A stretch of DNA of 64,000 nucleotides from Rhynchopus sp. YZ270_cl-10 (taxonomy: Eukaryota). Shown here piece by piece: positions 1 to 11,285 of this stretch (position 1 is its first letter; the number at the start of each line of letters is the position of its first letter). The stretch is taken from the NCBI GenBank assembly GCA_964035575.1, contig OZ037847.1, positions 1,178,001 through 1,242,000 on the forward strand. Reading direction: 5' to 3'. Under the pieces are notes generated by a model. It did no database searches. It was not told the origin of the DNA and worked only from the letters and a program-made list of their open reading frames with translations. The position numbers were made by a program, and so were the translations under genes.

Positions 1-541
1 CACTGCACGCAGCAAGCCTGCTTCTGAAGGGTGCGGACAGCTTTTGTGAGAAGGTGAATGCTGGTGTTGCGACTGGGAAGGTGCTGCGTGGTGACATGGG
101 TTGTGAGGTGATGCGTGGTTCAGCATGGTGGGGGAGCTTGTGCGTGATGTGAACGGGCTGGAACGTGCGGGACGTATGCTGGGGTGTGATGTGGTGTGCA
201 ACAGGATGTGCTTCAGCGATGCTGAGTGCGAACACCAGCTGCGTCTACTTCCGTGCAAGGTGGAGGTTGCCTCTGGCTGTGAGGCACAGGTTGTAGCGGA
301 AGTGATGGCTCAGCTAAGTGATGCAGCAGAAGCAGTTGACGAGTGGATGTACATGATAGGTGGGAACAAGCATTGGGAGGAGTACAACATTGCCGTGCGT
401 GGGTACCTGCTTGGTGAGCAGTCTGACCTTGACGTTGCTAAGGCATGGACAGCTGCGGGAGGGGTTGGCACACCAGCACATGCGGTTCCTTCTGAGACAT
501 GCAGTGTTGTGTGTTGCTCTCAGATGTGTTCCGTGAAGTGA
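1..541 (+). CDS. 3' end of a gene entering from the left; unknown product; apparent frameshift near 107-150
   Basis: GC-rich coding-like sequence. Frame 3 is open from the window start to 152 and frame 2 is open from 107 to the TGA at 541. No recognisable motif. Confidence 0.35.
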
Positions 542-968
542 CGTAGCCTCCTGTTGTGTTTGCTCAGATTTACATCTGGCACTTGCTTTATGTTCGACGG
601 ACCTTTCTTGATAAATGTGTTTGGGAAATGTTTGGTCCAGTTTAGTACCAATCTGTGTCGAATTCATCATTACACGAAAGCCCACTATCATTTATTGTGT
701 GATAATAGAGATGAGAATGTGGTGTTCTTGCGCACTTTTCCCTTTACCCGCAGTAGCTAGAACTGCAATACTTAAGCCGAAGTGATTATTGATGAAAGGA
801 ACACAATGTGGTAGCTCACCCCCGATATTTGTTTGTTTTTTTTTGTACGGACATTCGCATTCCATCCACCACGTGGGTTGGGCACCTGGGCACCCATATT
901 TAGGTGCCCGCAATCTTAGTTTATTTAGTGCTTCTTAACCATCTTCTTGACTATTGAAATGTGTATTA

Positions 969-1367
969 CAGTCATCCAACAAAGGTTGGTGGGGTAAAAA
1001 TCCACCATTTTTTTTCTAGCCCCCAAATCCACCAATGTTTTTACCCCACCAACCTTTTTACCAACCTTAGTGGTTTCTAACCTGTGTTTACCATGTACCC
1101 GCAAACCCAAAAGTGGGGCGGGTTTTGCGGCAGATTTTGTATGGGACATCTTTTTTTACTTTTGCAGTATTATTTTCTCAATCTGGATCGGGTTTGTGGG
1201 TGGAAGTGGGGGAGGGGGGAGGGGGGAGGGGAGGAGGGGCACACGTAAAGGAAACTCAAAAATGCAGTTCTAATCCAAAAAACCCACCAAATTTTTTCGA
1301 GCCCCCAAATCCACCAATGTTTTTACCCCACCAACCTTTTTACCCACCAACCTTTGTTGGATGACTG
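969..1367. mobile_element. Tc1/mariner-type MITE
   Basis: TIR CAGTCATCCAACAAAGGTTGGTGGG at both ends, TA on each flank, internal CCACCAACCTTTT repeats. Confidence 0.85.
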
Positions 1368-1438
1368 TAATGTGTTCCTCCACTCCACAGTTTCACATAT
1401 CAACACATCCTTTCCAGAGAGAAAAAAAAGATAGCACA

Positions 1439-3658
1439 ATGGTTTTCACCGTGCTTGCGGCGGCTGATGTGTTTGGTTTGAAGCTCAATTATGAGTTCGA
1501 CTTTCCTGTACAACCAACGATGTCGGAGTTCCAGGCACGTGTCAGTGGTGTTTTCTCTGCTGATGCTGCGTCGAGACGGCCGGAGGGCGCACCACCTGTG
1601 TTTGCGATCCACCGCATGCAAATCTTTGACGACAGAACCGACCAGTGGAATGACCTTTTGAGTGGCGCGCAGCTGATTGATTATTGCCAGGTGTACGCCT
1701 TTCAGAAGGAGTCTCCTTGGCATCGGGAGGTCCAAAGCAAGATCCCCCCTGCTGTTAAGGCACCTGCCACACACTCTGTACACATCCCTGTTCACGTCGA
1801 CACTAAAATGGAGGCTGCACCATTCCCACCCCTGCCCGCACCGGTCGCTGCATCGGTACCTATGGTGCCTCTCACAACAATGCCGTACACCTCTATCGCC
1901 GCTATCCCACCCCCTATCTCTGCACCGGTGTTCCCCCTCCCTTCTGTGCACCCCCCTGTCGTGCCTCCAGTGGAGGCCGTACGTATCCCTGAAGTCCTCC
2001 CTACGACACCAAGACCTGCCATCGTTGCAATGCCCGACCCCTCCCAATGCACCTTCGAGCATAAGGTGATGACCGTCTTTGAGAATCTGGGGCCGTCTGT
2101 AGGGCGGGATGCCTTTGCGGCGTGTCTGGATGCGTTGCGTATCGAGCTTGGTGCGGAGATGGTGCACACCCTCTTTGAGAAGGCCGACGCGAATGGGGAC
2201 GGTGTGCTGCAGTACGGTGAGTTTCACGGCTTCTGTGAGGGCTACCCTACGGTGCTGGATTCGATGTTCTACCGCCACCATGATGCCGTAGTCGACGCAT
2301 CGCAGCAGGAAGCTGTCGCGCAGGCAAAGAACACTGTCATCAGTCTCCGCGAGCGTGAAAGCGAAGCCCGCATTGCGGCAGTACAGTCCCGCAGGGAAAG
2401 CGACGAACAAGACCAGCGTGTCCGACAGCAAGCCCTCGAGGTCGAAGCTGCAGAGCGCCGCGAGCTGGAAGCCAAGACCGTCCTCGAAGCAACACAGCAC
2501 GATGTGTCACGTGCTCTCAACGATGTCTCTGTCGGCAGATCCGACGTCACTACCTCCAAAGAAAATGAACAGGCCAAGCAGGTATGTAAACTAAAAAGGG
2601 GGAATTGGGTTTCTACAACACACCATGCAGTGTCTGCTGATGGATGCAAAGCGCGTTGTCGAGAATGGGCAAATGAAGCTCCGCAACTGCGAGCGCGACA
2701 CGGCCAATGCAGAGGAGCGCATGCGGGAGGTATGATTCGTGCATATCTCATCTCTCTCTCTCTCTCTCTCCACCTCCCAACCCTTCAGATCGAGCGTCTG
2801 CTCCTCGAGCAGCAAAAGGAGGTCGACCGCCAACGCGAGGCAGGCATTGCCGCACGCACACAACTCCTCTCTTCTCAGGCCTCTGAGCAGCAGGCTGCCG
2901 ACGCTGTCCGCGAGGCAGAGCTTGGTACCCGCGTCGCAGTTGAAACATTGACACAACTTGAGAACAACCTGGTGCACACTCAAGGCAGAGAACGCGAATG
3001 CATCCACCTCCTGAGCAGTGCACACGAAGACGTGACAAAATGCATTTCACAGCTTTCTGGGGATGAGCAGGAATTGCGGATGTGCAAAGAACGCGAAGCT
3101 GCGAAGGGGGCTTTGGAGGTCGAGGCTGCGAAGGCTTGCGAGGCACAGCAGGACTATGCACAGATCCTTGAGAAGGACAACCTCGAACACAACGTCAAGC
3201 GCCGCCAGGCTGAGGAGCGCGAACGCCCCCTCCTCGAGCAGGAGGTACGTCTGCGTCTGCAACGCGAGAACCTTGAGATGGAGGAGGCACGCCTGCGGAC
3301 CGACCATAGGACATTCCACTCTAGCTCTGGACGCATTGGGCCATCCTCTGGAGGGGCTGAGCTTCTTGCCACAGCGTTGGGCGGGACGTCACCAAGAGCG
3401 ATGCAGCAGCCAGCATACCCAGCTGTGCACCCACCGGTGGCCGCCTACGCGCCCTCTGTAGGCGGTGCGCACTCCTTCGTGTCCCAGCTCCCCACCATCA
3501 CCTCTTCACCCTCAGCAGCGCCCCGCCTCGGCTCGCCCTCCCACAGAACCTCGTCCCCCTCAGGGCGCTTCCCCTACGTCGGTTCGCCCAGTAGGGCATA
3601 CTCCCCAGCAGTGGCGCATCGCAGGCAGTCCCCACCACAGTCACCACACTATCATTAG
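1439..3658 (+). CDS. BILBO1: BILBO1-like cytoskeletal protein (N-terminal domain, Pro-rich linker, EF-hand, coiled coil); exons 1439-2581, 2631-2729, 2789-3658
   Basis: N-terminus MVFTVLAAADVFGLKLNYEFDFP...W.DL....QL.DYCQVYAFQ matches the trypanosome BILBO1 NTD as recalled. EF-hand DANGDGVLQYGEF, then a long coiled coil. Introns 2582-2630 and 2730-2788 (GTATG...CAG). May be a paralogue rather than the orthologue. Confidence 0.85.
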   Translation: MVFTVLAAADVFGLKLNYEFDFPVQPTMSEFQARVSGVFSADAASRRPEGAPPVFAIHRMQIFDDRTDQWNDLLSGAQLIDYCQVYAFQKESPWHREVQSKIPPAVKAPATHSVHIPVHVDTKMEAAPFPPLPAPVAASVPMVPLTTMPYTSIAAIPPPISAPVFPLPSVHPPVVPPVEAVRIPEVLPTTPRPAIVAMPDPSQCTFEHKVMTVFENLGPSVGRDAFAACLDALRIELGAEMVHTLFEKADANGDGVLQYGEFHGFCEGYPTVLDSMFYRHHDAVVDASQQEAVAQAKNTVISLRERESEARIAAVQSRRESDEQDQRVRQQALEVEAAERRELEAKTVLEATQHDVSRALNDVSVGRSDVTTSKENEQAKQVCKLKRGNWVSTTHHAVSADGCKARCREWANEAPQLRARHGQCRGAHAGGMIRAYLISLSLSLHLPTLQIERLLLEQQKEVDRQREAGIAARTQLLSSQASEQQAADAVREAELGTRVAVETLTQLENNLVHTQGRERECIHLLSSAHEDVTKCISQLSGDEQELRMCKEREAAKGALEVEAAKACEAQQDYAQILEKDNLEHNVKRRQAEERERPLLEQEVRLRLQRENLEMEEARLRTDHRTFHSSSGRIGPSSGGAELLATALGGTSPRAMQQPAYPAVHPPVAAYAPSVGGAHSFVSQLPTITSSPSAAPRLGSPSHRTSSPSGRFPYVGSPSRAYSPAVAHRRQSPPQSPHYH

Positions 3659-3893
3659 ATCGATGCGTTCCTCTCTTTTTTGAAGTGTTGCCAGAATTTG
3701 TAGATTTTTTACCTGTTTCCAACCCCTCCCTGTTTATCCAAAAAATGTATTTAGTTCCGCTGTTTGTACAAAGAGTTAGATAAAAAAAAGGTGGGGGGGG
3801 TAGATTTATCTTTCAAATTGAGGAGGGGGAAAAAAAATCAAATCAACCTACAGCACCCAACCCCCACCCCTCAATGCTGCCCAAGGCAACACA

Positions 3894-6800
3894 ATGGGGA
3901 ACAGACGTCCGAAGGTGGTGAGCGATGGCGATAGCACGCCGTACACCCCACCACCACACCGACAGGCTGCCCCGAGCACTGGGTTTGGGTTGATATCCCC
4001 AAGACACTGTGCTGAAGGGCATCGGTTGAAGCTTCTTGCGACACGTGAACGGATCACTTGCACACGCTGTTCTGACGAATTCCGCGGCACTTATGGGGTT
4101 TGCGAGATATGCGACTATATCGCCTGCGCAACATGTGTCCACACTGCTCCGCAGGACCCTCCAGCACTGCCCCCATTCAACCCCCCACCTACCCTGCGTG
4201 GGCAGAAGGTCGACACGCCTACGTCGCAGCCCAACACGCCTACGTCTCCAAAAAAGTCACCACCCCCGGAGAGGAAGGTGAGAAAGACGCCTTCGCCACC
4301 GCCTGCCCCATCCAGGGCATCGTCTCCTGCGCTGTCGGTACCGTTGTCTGCACCGGTGTTGGCGCCTATGAGGAGTGCGATGAAAGGGTCGCGGGAATCG
4401 GAGGTGGGTGCACCAGCTCAGCCGGTCCGTAGGGCGCAGTTGGGGGAGACACAGAGGGCAGATGAGGCAGCGTCGGAGTCGTCGTCGACGGAGGCGGAAC
4501 GTACACCGGCTTTGTCGTACACAGCGGGTGAGCTCATCATGGAGGATGGTGCAGAGCACACTGCCGTGGCGACGCCAGACTATTTAGGCCTGGTGGCAGC
4601 GGAGGATGTGCCCTCGTATGGCGTTGTGTTTGGGATAACCGATGCAGATTCGGATGAAGATACAGTCGTGCACGCAGAGTCGGGTATGAGCACACCCATA
4701 GGGGTGATCCAGCATATCAGTGTGTCGGAGAGTGGTGATGACCAGAGGGGTGAGTATCAGAACACAAGGCTAGCGGTGTTGGGTGCGGATGACAGTGCGG
4801 CGTTGAGCACGATGACGCATCCGATGTCGGGGTCGATGCATGAAATGGGGACGACAGAGCCTGTTGTCGAGAACTTAGCACCGTTGATGGTGGCGCCGAA
4901 GGGTTCGGACCTCGACTCCGCACTGTCCGAGAGGGAGGAGGCGCTGTCGCACGCCATCGACCGCGGCATGTTTGGATACAAAACGCGCTCCCGGGCTTCG
5001 ACGCCAAGCGCAGGCTCCTCCAGCGAACCACCCGCGCCAAAGCCAAGCTCATTCAAGCTGAAGAACGTCATCACCAAGCACAAAGGTAAAGGAGGCCTAT
5101 TAAGTCCAAGGGGTAAGAAGAAGAAGCGGAAGTCCCTCGGCAACAGCCTCCCAGGGTCGCCCCTCGGGGTGTCGAAGATCCCGATGTCGCAGTATGTGCC
5201 GAATGAGAGTTCTGAAGGGTCGAGCAGCTCTTCTTCGAAGAAGCGTCCGTCGAGGGTCCCGAATTTGATGCAGAACTTCCGGAACAACCAGACCGGTGGG
5301 ACACAGAGCTCAAGGGAGTTGGATTTGCTGTTGAATGTTGTGGAGAAGATCTATGGGACGAAGCTGTCGCATGGCACCCAGCGTGGCGCAAACACGAACA
5401 AACACCTCTCAATGCATATGGGCAATGAGTCCTCCATCGAGCTGACGATGTGGCATGAGATGGCGCAAGAGGCAGGCACCCAGAAGGAGCTTCTCGAGGC
5501 CTTCGTGCACACCGTCTACGACATCTTCCGTACAAGCCGCGAGCGCAGTGTTGCCATACAGAAGTGCCGCCCTATCGTACGTGACGCGCTTGCAATGCAG
5601 AAGCTCAACTTTGTGCTCCTGTTTCGCGACCTTGCGTACACAGCAGAGATCCCTGCCGCAGATCTCAAAGAGGGCAAATCACAGGAAGGCTACATCCCGT
5701 ACAAACGCGTCCTCGAGGTGATGACCGGGATGGACTTCACCTCCGGCTTCAAGAAGAACGCACGCTCAGGCGAGCTCTTCCTGCACCTCTGCGCGCTCAT
5801 CTCTGAGCATAAGAAGGCACTGCCGATGGGGTTCCGCCTTGAGAACATCACCTTCGACAGGACGAACATCAAGGAGCTCTACAAGATAGCAACAGCGCCC
5901 CTCCACCTGCTCATGGTGTTGAAGCAGTGTGGCGACAAGCGTGACCGGCACAACAGCACGGTGCTGCTGAAGAAGACGATTAAATACATCAACGAGGCCT
6001 GTGACGATGCTTCAGCCAAGTATGAAAAGGACAGAGAGCTCAACGAACGTGACGGGCAGAAGGAGCCACATAGGTTTAGTGGTGCATGGGTGTTTGAGCG
6101 GCGTGCGGAAATGGTGTTCTGCAACGCCATGTCGCCGAAGACAGTTGCGCTCTCGCATCCGACGGCAGGGACGGTGTCATGCCTGCAGGACTACATGGAC
6201 GGCCTTCAGGCACGTGTGGTGGACGACACAACGAACCTGACGAACCTGCCCGACATGAGCCACTTCTCGACCTTCATCAAGAAGAGCGCACACTCGCAGA
6301 TCTGCGCAAAGTGCGGCATCGTAATGGACACCCACGCAGAGAAGGAGGTCTGTGCAGAGAACACTGAAAAGGAGAAGGGTCAGCACACACCGCGCAAGCT
6401 TGTCGACTGCTCGCCACTGCGCTTTGCGGTGCAGTTGAGGCAGACGGACACCGTGGAGCAGATCCTTGGCACGGACTCGGTGTGCAACGGCGTTGTGAGC
6501 AGGGACGACGACTGGATCTCAGGCAAATGCTCCGAAGACGACAACGACCGCTTTACATGCGAACGCTTTGTGGACGTGTGGAACGCATCTGGCACGTACG
6601 ATCTCTTCTTTGTCAACGAAGAGTCCTTCAGCGAAGATGGCACAGCGCGCGCAAACCCTGCACAGAAGGAGATCTCCCCTGGGGGAGGCGACAACACACC
6701 GGTGCTGCACTTTCTGCTGCGCTCGATCCCCTCTGCACACGAGTACCTGAAGGATCGCATGCTACTACAGGGCCGCCCGCCCAACGTGTACTCACGGGCA

Positions 6801-9800
6801 CGCATCTGGCCTGCGTCCTACTCACCACAGAGCCGGGGCGGCTACGACGAGGATGTGCCGCCCGAGATCCGCTCTGCCTTGGACATTGCTGAATTGCTTC
6901 TTCTGTCCTGCACCTACGATAGGAAGGTTGAGACACGAGACGGCAGCTCCTTTATCTCTGTGCGCGAGCCTGCACAGATCCTCTCTGGTGGGGGTATGTT
7001 CATCAAGAACTCGCAGCTGCGGTCGACGGCGAAGGACTACAAGATCACGAAGATGTACGACAGGTGCGGCTTGTACCGGCGCTGCGACCACACCCTAGGC
7101 ATATCGCTGCTGCTGCAGGTGGCCCCCGAGAAGGTGCAGCTCCTCTTCGAGCAGGGCCACATGATGTTCTCCCCATACGATTGGCTCCACCTCAACTTCA
7201 TCCTCAGCGAGAACTTCCACAAGCCGCCCGCCCTGCTGCTGCAGTACCGCCACCTCTGGCGTGCCTCGCGTCTAGGGGTCGAGCTGCTCGTCTACGACTC
7301 GGAGCTGACCATGCTCCACTGGCTGTGTCTCATAGGGAATGCGTCCATCCTGGCCACCTTCTTCAAGGGGTTCGATTTTAAGCCAAAAACGCAGAAAGAC
7401 CAGATGATGGAATGTCTCTTCAGCAGGACCTCGAAGCTCGGGTGGACCCCTGTGCACTATGCGGTGTACGCGAACTCGCTTGACTGTTTGGCATTCATCA
7501 TGGACGTTGCGAAGCGGCATTTTGGCAGCGAAACGTTGAAGTTTGTTGCTGATGCGCCGTCGTATGTGAGTGCTGGGCAGCTTGGTGGGACGATGCTTGG
7601 TGCGGCGAGGCAGTTTCTTGGTACGGAGACGAACAGAGAGTTGCTGACGCCTGAGCACATGGAGCGCATTGAAGTGAAGGTGATCAAGGACGCGACGTTC
7701 GACCCCAGCAGCGAGGCGCTGTCGCCACGCCCTGCGACGGCCCTGTACGGGAGCATCTCGTCTGCGGGGCTGACGCCACTGCACATCTGCTCGATGTTCT
7801 GCCACCAGAACGCCATGGACATCCTCCTTGAGTGCTCAGCCGACCCACGCAGCAGAACGTTCCTTGAGGAGATGGACCCACACGACGTCGCTGTTGCCCT
7901 CCACGCCCGCATGAAGCTGCAGTACGAGATCAAGCGCCAGACCGAGCGCATCCCCTCCAACGAGCAGAAGACACACGACGAGAACGAGGAGGTCATCCGG
8001 TCCTCGATCAACCGCCTGCACTCTGAGGAGGGCGTCAAGCGCAAGCTAGCGCGCATTGCACTGTGGTACTCCACGACGTCTGTGCTGCCGCACGTCATCC
8101 TTTGTGCGCTGCTCTTCGCGTACATCTCGTTCACACGCTCCAGCTCCGACTTCTACTCAACCAACGCGATGGACGAAGGCGTGCTGCGTGAGGAGTTCAT
8201 CCACGAGAAGAACGTCTCCCTGCAGGTCTTCACCGACATAGGCGAGCTTGACGAGCTCAAGCTGTGGCTCACCGGCACCTTCTACCACCAGCTATTCCCT
8301 GAGTTCAACGTCTCTGCAGGGCTCTTCCTAGGCTACTGGGAGCTTGTTGGCTCCATCCGCATGACACAGGTGCGCGGCCAATTCCAAGAGAACTGTGAAC
8401 CCCCAGATTGGTGGTTTTCACAGGAAACACCAGAAAACGTCCGAAGTCGCTACAAAAACAAATGCTATGGACCCACCGAAGAAGAAGTCACCGGGAGCTG
8501 GGTCACAGACATCCCCTACCTCTCCCGCCTGACAGGGGAGTACTGGTTCCTTGTCCCCGGTAACGCCCCGAACTCGACGACCACAGACGTCCCCAACCGC
8601 CCAGACGACGCAGAGATTGCCATCGGGAAGTTTGCGTCCGAGATCGACTACAGCACACGGGCTGCCATTGTGTGGTTCATTGCGTACAACCCTTCGGTGA
8701 ACTCATTCGCGGTGGTGACGGCGTTGGTGGAGTTTCCCTTGGAAGGAGCGGCGTACCCGCATTGGGAGGTGTCCGTCATGCCGGAGCGGCTGTTCTTTTT
8801 GAGCTCCAGCGAGATTGTGTTTTATGTGTTCTTTTCGATGTACTTGCTGATGTACCTTTTGTACTACACGGCGGAGGAGCTGATGGATGCGTTCTCTGCT
8901 AAGACTGTGTTTGCGACACTGCGCAGGGCGAACACGAGGCGTGGTCTTGGTGAGGACGAGGCTGAGCAGACCGAGTCGCCACAGCCGTCGCCACCTTCAT
9001 CCCCTCTGTCGGGGTCGCTGGACACAGGCGGGCCGATCACTGCAAGCAACCCGCTGCTGCAGACGAACATCAATTCCGCGTTCTCGCCTACAGACACTGA
9101 CCCCTCGCAGCACCTCCTCTCTGGTCATCTGACTGCAGGCACGTTCTCAGGGAAGCACACCACGATGTTCCGTACCAAGACTGCACAAAAGAAAGAACCG
9201 AAACGCGAAAAGGCGTCGAAACGCGACGAAGAGAAGCGCATCCGCAACGACACCATGAAGCAGTACCGCCAGGACTCCGAGGTTGTCTCCGTTGTGAAGA
9301 ACCTCTTTGAGGTCGTGTACCTCTACCTGGCTGAGGACTGGAACTTCCTTGACATGCTGTGCCTCATCTCGATCTACGTTGGTCTGTACACACACATCAT
9401 GCTCCTCACCAAGAGGACAGACGTACAGAACGAGTTGCTCGACGAACCCCCTTTCGAACCCAACGGCGAGGAGACAGAGCACTTCTTCTCCTCATTCGTA
9501 CCCTTTAAGGACTGGGTTGTGCAGCAGAACACCGTCGTCGCGATTGTTCTCATCCTGCACCTTGTGAAGTTGCTGAAGTACGCACAGCTGCTCCCAGTCG
9601 TGGGGCCGGTCATCTCCGCCATTGTCAAGACCAGCACCTCCAAGAACGTTGCCGTGTTTCTCCTTGTCTGGCAGTTTTTGACTGTTGTCTTCATTTTTGG
9701 ATTTAATGTCATTTTTGGATCCTACATTGAAGGGTACAAATCACTTTATGACTCATTCTTCACTGTGCAACGGCATGTTTTGTCTGATTTTGATGACTTT

Positions 9801-10514
9801 AATAAGTACTACACGACACACACTAAAGCGGGGCCCTTACTGTGGTTGATTCTGACGTACATATGCCATCTCCTGCTTCTGAATCTCTTTATTGCTGTCA
9901 TTTCTGTCGACTATGTTGAGGTGCTAGGGAAGGCGACGGAGGACTGGTCGTGGAAGCTTCTCGAAAAATACAAACAGAGGGACCTACGGTTGGTTAACCC
10001 TTCCGACTCTGCTTCGATGATTGTATGGTTTCAGGTGGGGCGGGCACTGCGGATGCCTTACTTCATGCGGAAGGGTTACAACATTAAGGACGTTATCATT
10101 GAGAAGAAGGATTACGAGACGCAGGTGAGGAAGGATCCTTCGGCGCTGTCGACACATCCGTATCGGCATTTGCGAGACTGGAATGTCATTGCGCCGAGGG
10201 TTATCGATGATTTGAAGGACGACGAGAGGGATGGGGTGAAACGGCATAGAGGGCATGCTGGTTCGTCTCCTGCACATTCAAATGCAGTAGGTGTAGCTGC
10301 TTCAGACGATGCAGAAGATAGCCAGCCACGTGACCGCAGAGCGGCTGGTGGTGGTCGTCTGCATTCCGCCTTCACCGGGCGTGGCGAAGACAGAGACGAA
10401 CGTCGCAAACGACGCCTCTCCGTTACCTTCCAACGTGCCCGCACCCCCTCCAATCTCTCCTCTGAATCAGGTCAACGCTTCAACCGCTCCCGAGGGAGTA
10501 CTATTATCAGTTAG
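3894..10514 (+). CDS. Polycystin-2/TRP-type cation channel with ankyrin repeats and an N-terminal Cys/His zinc-finger-like module (2206 aa)
   Basis: Ankyrin motifs (TMLHWLC, GWTPVHYAV, GLTPLHIC). Polycystin extracellular domain (LVGSIRMTQVR, TRAAIVWFIAYNPSVNSF). WNFLD, KLLKY, pore FGSYIEGYKSLYDSFFT and S6 LLLNLFIAVI. N-terminal CAEGH...CTRC...CEICDYIACATC. Confidence 0.85.
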   Translation: MGNRRPKVVSDGDSTPYTPPPHRQAAPSTGFGLISPRHCAEGHRLKLLATRERITCTRCSDEFRGTYGVCEICDYIACATCVHTAPQDPPALPPFNPPPTLRGQKVDTPTSQPNTPTSPKKSPPPERKVRKTPSPPPAPSRASSPALSVPLSAPVLAPMRSAMKGSRESEVGAPAQPVRRAQLGETQRADEAASESSSTEAERTPALSYTAGELIMEDGAEHTAVATPDYLGLVAAEDVPSYGVVFGITDADSDEDTVVHAESGMSTPIGVIQHISVSESGDDQRGEYQNTRLAVLGADDSAALSTMTHPMSGSMHEMGTTEPVVENLAPLMVAPKGSDLDSALSEREEALSHAIDRGMFGYKTRSRASTPSAGSSSEPPAPKPSSFKLKNVITKHKGKGGLLSPRGKKKKRKSLGNSLPGSPLGVSKIPMSQYVPNESSEGSSSSSSKKRPSRVPNLMQNFRNNQTGGTQSSRELDLLLNVVEKIYGTKLSHGTQRGANTNKHLSMHMGNESSIELTMWHEMAQEAGTQKELLEAFVHTVYDIFRTSRERSVAIQKCRPIVRDALAMQKLNFVLLFRDLAYTAEIPAADLKEGKSQEGYIPYKRVLEVMTGMDFTSGFKKNARSGELFLHLCALISEHKKALPMGFRLENITFDRTNIKELYKIATAPLHLLMVLKQCGDKRDRHNSTVLLKKTIKYINEACDDASAKYEKDRELNERDGQKEPHRFSGAWVFERRAEMVFCNAMSPKTVALSHPTAGTVSCLQDYMDGLQARVVDDTTNLTNLPDMSHFSTFIKKSAHSQICAKCGIVMDTHAEKEVCAENTEKEKGQHTPRKLVDCSPLRFAVQLRQTDTVEQILGTDSVCNGVVSRDDDWISGKCSEDDNDRFTCERFVDVWNASGTYDLFFVNEESFSEDGTARANPAQKEISPGGGDNTPVLHFLLRSIPSAHEYLKDRMLLQGRPPNVYSRARIWPASYSPQSRGGYDEDVPPEIRSALDIAELLLLSCTYDRKVETRDGSSFISVREPAQILSGGGMFIKNSQLRSTAKDYKITKMYDRCGLYRRCDHTLGISLLLQVAPEKVQLLFEQGHMMFSPYDWLHLNFILSENFHKPPALLLQYRHLWRASRLGVELLVYDSELTMLHWLCLIGNASILATFFKGFDFKPKTQKDQMMECLFSRTSKLGWTPVHYAVYANSLDCLAFIMDVAKRHFGSETLKFVADAPSYVSAGQLGGTMLGAARQFLGTETNRELLTPEHMERIEVKVIKDATFDPSSEALSPRPATALYGSISSAGLTPLHICSMFCHQNAMDILLECSADPRSRTFLEEMDPHDVAVALHARMKLQYEIKRQTERIPSNEQKTHDENEEVIRSSINRLHSEEGVKRKLARIALWYSTTSVLPHVILCALLFAYISFTRSSSDFYSTNAMDEGVLREEFIHEKNVSLQVFTDIGELDELKLWLTGTFYHQLFPEFNVSAGLFLGYWELVGSIRMTQVRGQFQENCEPPDWWFSQETPENVRSRYKNKCYGPTEEEVTGSWVTDIPYLSRLTGEYWFLVPGNAPNSTTTDVPNRPDDAEIAIGKFASEIDYSTRAAIVWFIAYNPSVNSFAVVTALVEFPLEGAAYPHWEVSVMPERLFFLSSSEIVFYVFFSMYLLMYLLYYTAEELMDAFSAKTVFATLRRANTRRGLGEDEAEQTESPQPSPPSSPLSGSLDTGGPITASNPLLQTNINSAFSPTDTDPSQHLLSGHLTAGTFSGKHTTMFRTKTAQKKEPKREKASKRDEEKRIRNDTMKQYRQDSEVVSVVKNLFEVVYLYLAEDWNFLDMLCLISIYVGLYTHIMLLTKRTDVQNELLDEPPFEPNGEETEHFFSSFVPFKDWVVQQNTVVAIVLILHLVKLLKYAQLLPVVGPVISAIVKTSTSKNVAVFLLVWQFLTVVFIFGFNVIFGSYIEGYKSLYDSFFTVQRHVLSDFDDFNKYYTTHTKAGPLLWLILTYICHLLLLNLFIAVISVDYVEVLGKATEDWSWKLLEKYKQRDLRLVNPSDSASMIVWFQVGRALRMPYFMRKGYNIKDVIIEKKDYETQVRKDPSALSTHPYRHLRDWNVIAPRVIDDLKDDERDGVKRHRGHAGSSPAHSNAVGVAASDDAEDSQPRDRRAAGGGRLHSAFTGRGEDRDERRKRRLSVTFQRARTPSNLSSESGQRFNRSRGSTIIS

Positions 10515-11230
10515 ATTTTTGGGGGGGGGGAAATTAGAAGGTTTTTTTTTAGAAGGGAAGTGGAGCGATGTTTGCCACTGTTCAGGAGGCGGGTTGTTGT
10601 GTGTTTCAAATCAGCTTTTTAGTTTGTGTTGTATTGGGTAGAAGGGGGGTGGGAATGGGGGTAGGGGGGAGGGGATAGGTGACTGTGTCTCTGTACACAG
10701 CGGCTCTGAAAAAAGGTGAAGTGGGTTTTTCCCGACTGCTGGTGTTATCGTTCGCTTTTTGTGCTTGTTATGTGTGTTTGGTCCAGAGGACCACTAGCTT
10801 CACCATATTTTCTTTTTTTTCCTGTTTTTTTCCCAATGGGAACATTTTTATTCCCTCCTATGCTATCAATTTATTGATTGCATAATGTTGAAATATGTTT
10901 TCCTTTTGATTGCTCAATCAAAAAAACACTTCCGTTCGGACGAACGGAACATAGATAAGAGACTGAATGCAATGTGTCAGTGGTACATCAACACACCCCT
11001 TTAAATGTGTGCACCACAGCAAAAGTGCATCCATCTGATTTTTTGTGCCATTCTAGAGGTGGATTCAGAGAGCTTCTCTCGTTTTTTCTTCTTTTATTAG
11101 ATGATGACACCTTCGGCAAAGCATAGATATCCGCCGTCCCCCACAAAAAAAAAAAATGCCCCTTTTGTTCCCGCCGTTCGAAAACCTTCGAAACAGCGAT
11201 TCCTCTTTAGCTGCGGCGTGACAAAAAAAT

Positions 11231-11285
11231 TAGTGGAGTTCATCCTCGGGTGTCTGCACTCATCCAACCAAGTTTTCAAAAAAAA
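11231..11285 (+). repeat. Dispersed family G hairpin (TAGTGGAG...CACT(A/C)AT..AACCAAGTTTTCAAAA)
   Basis: Copies at 11231, 28844 and 58800. Confidence 0.78.
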
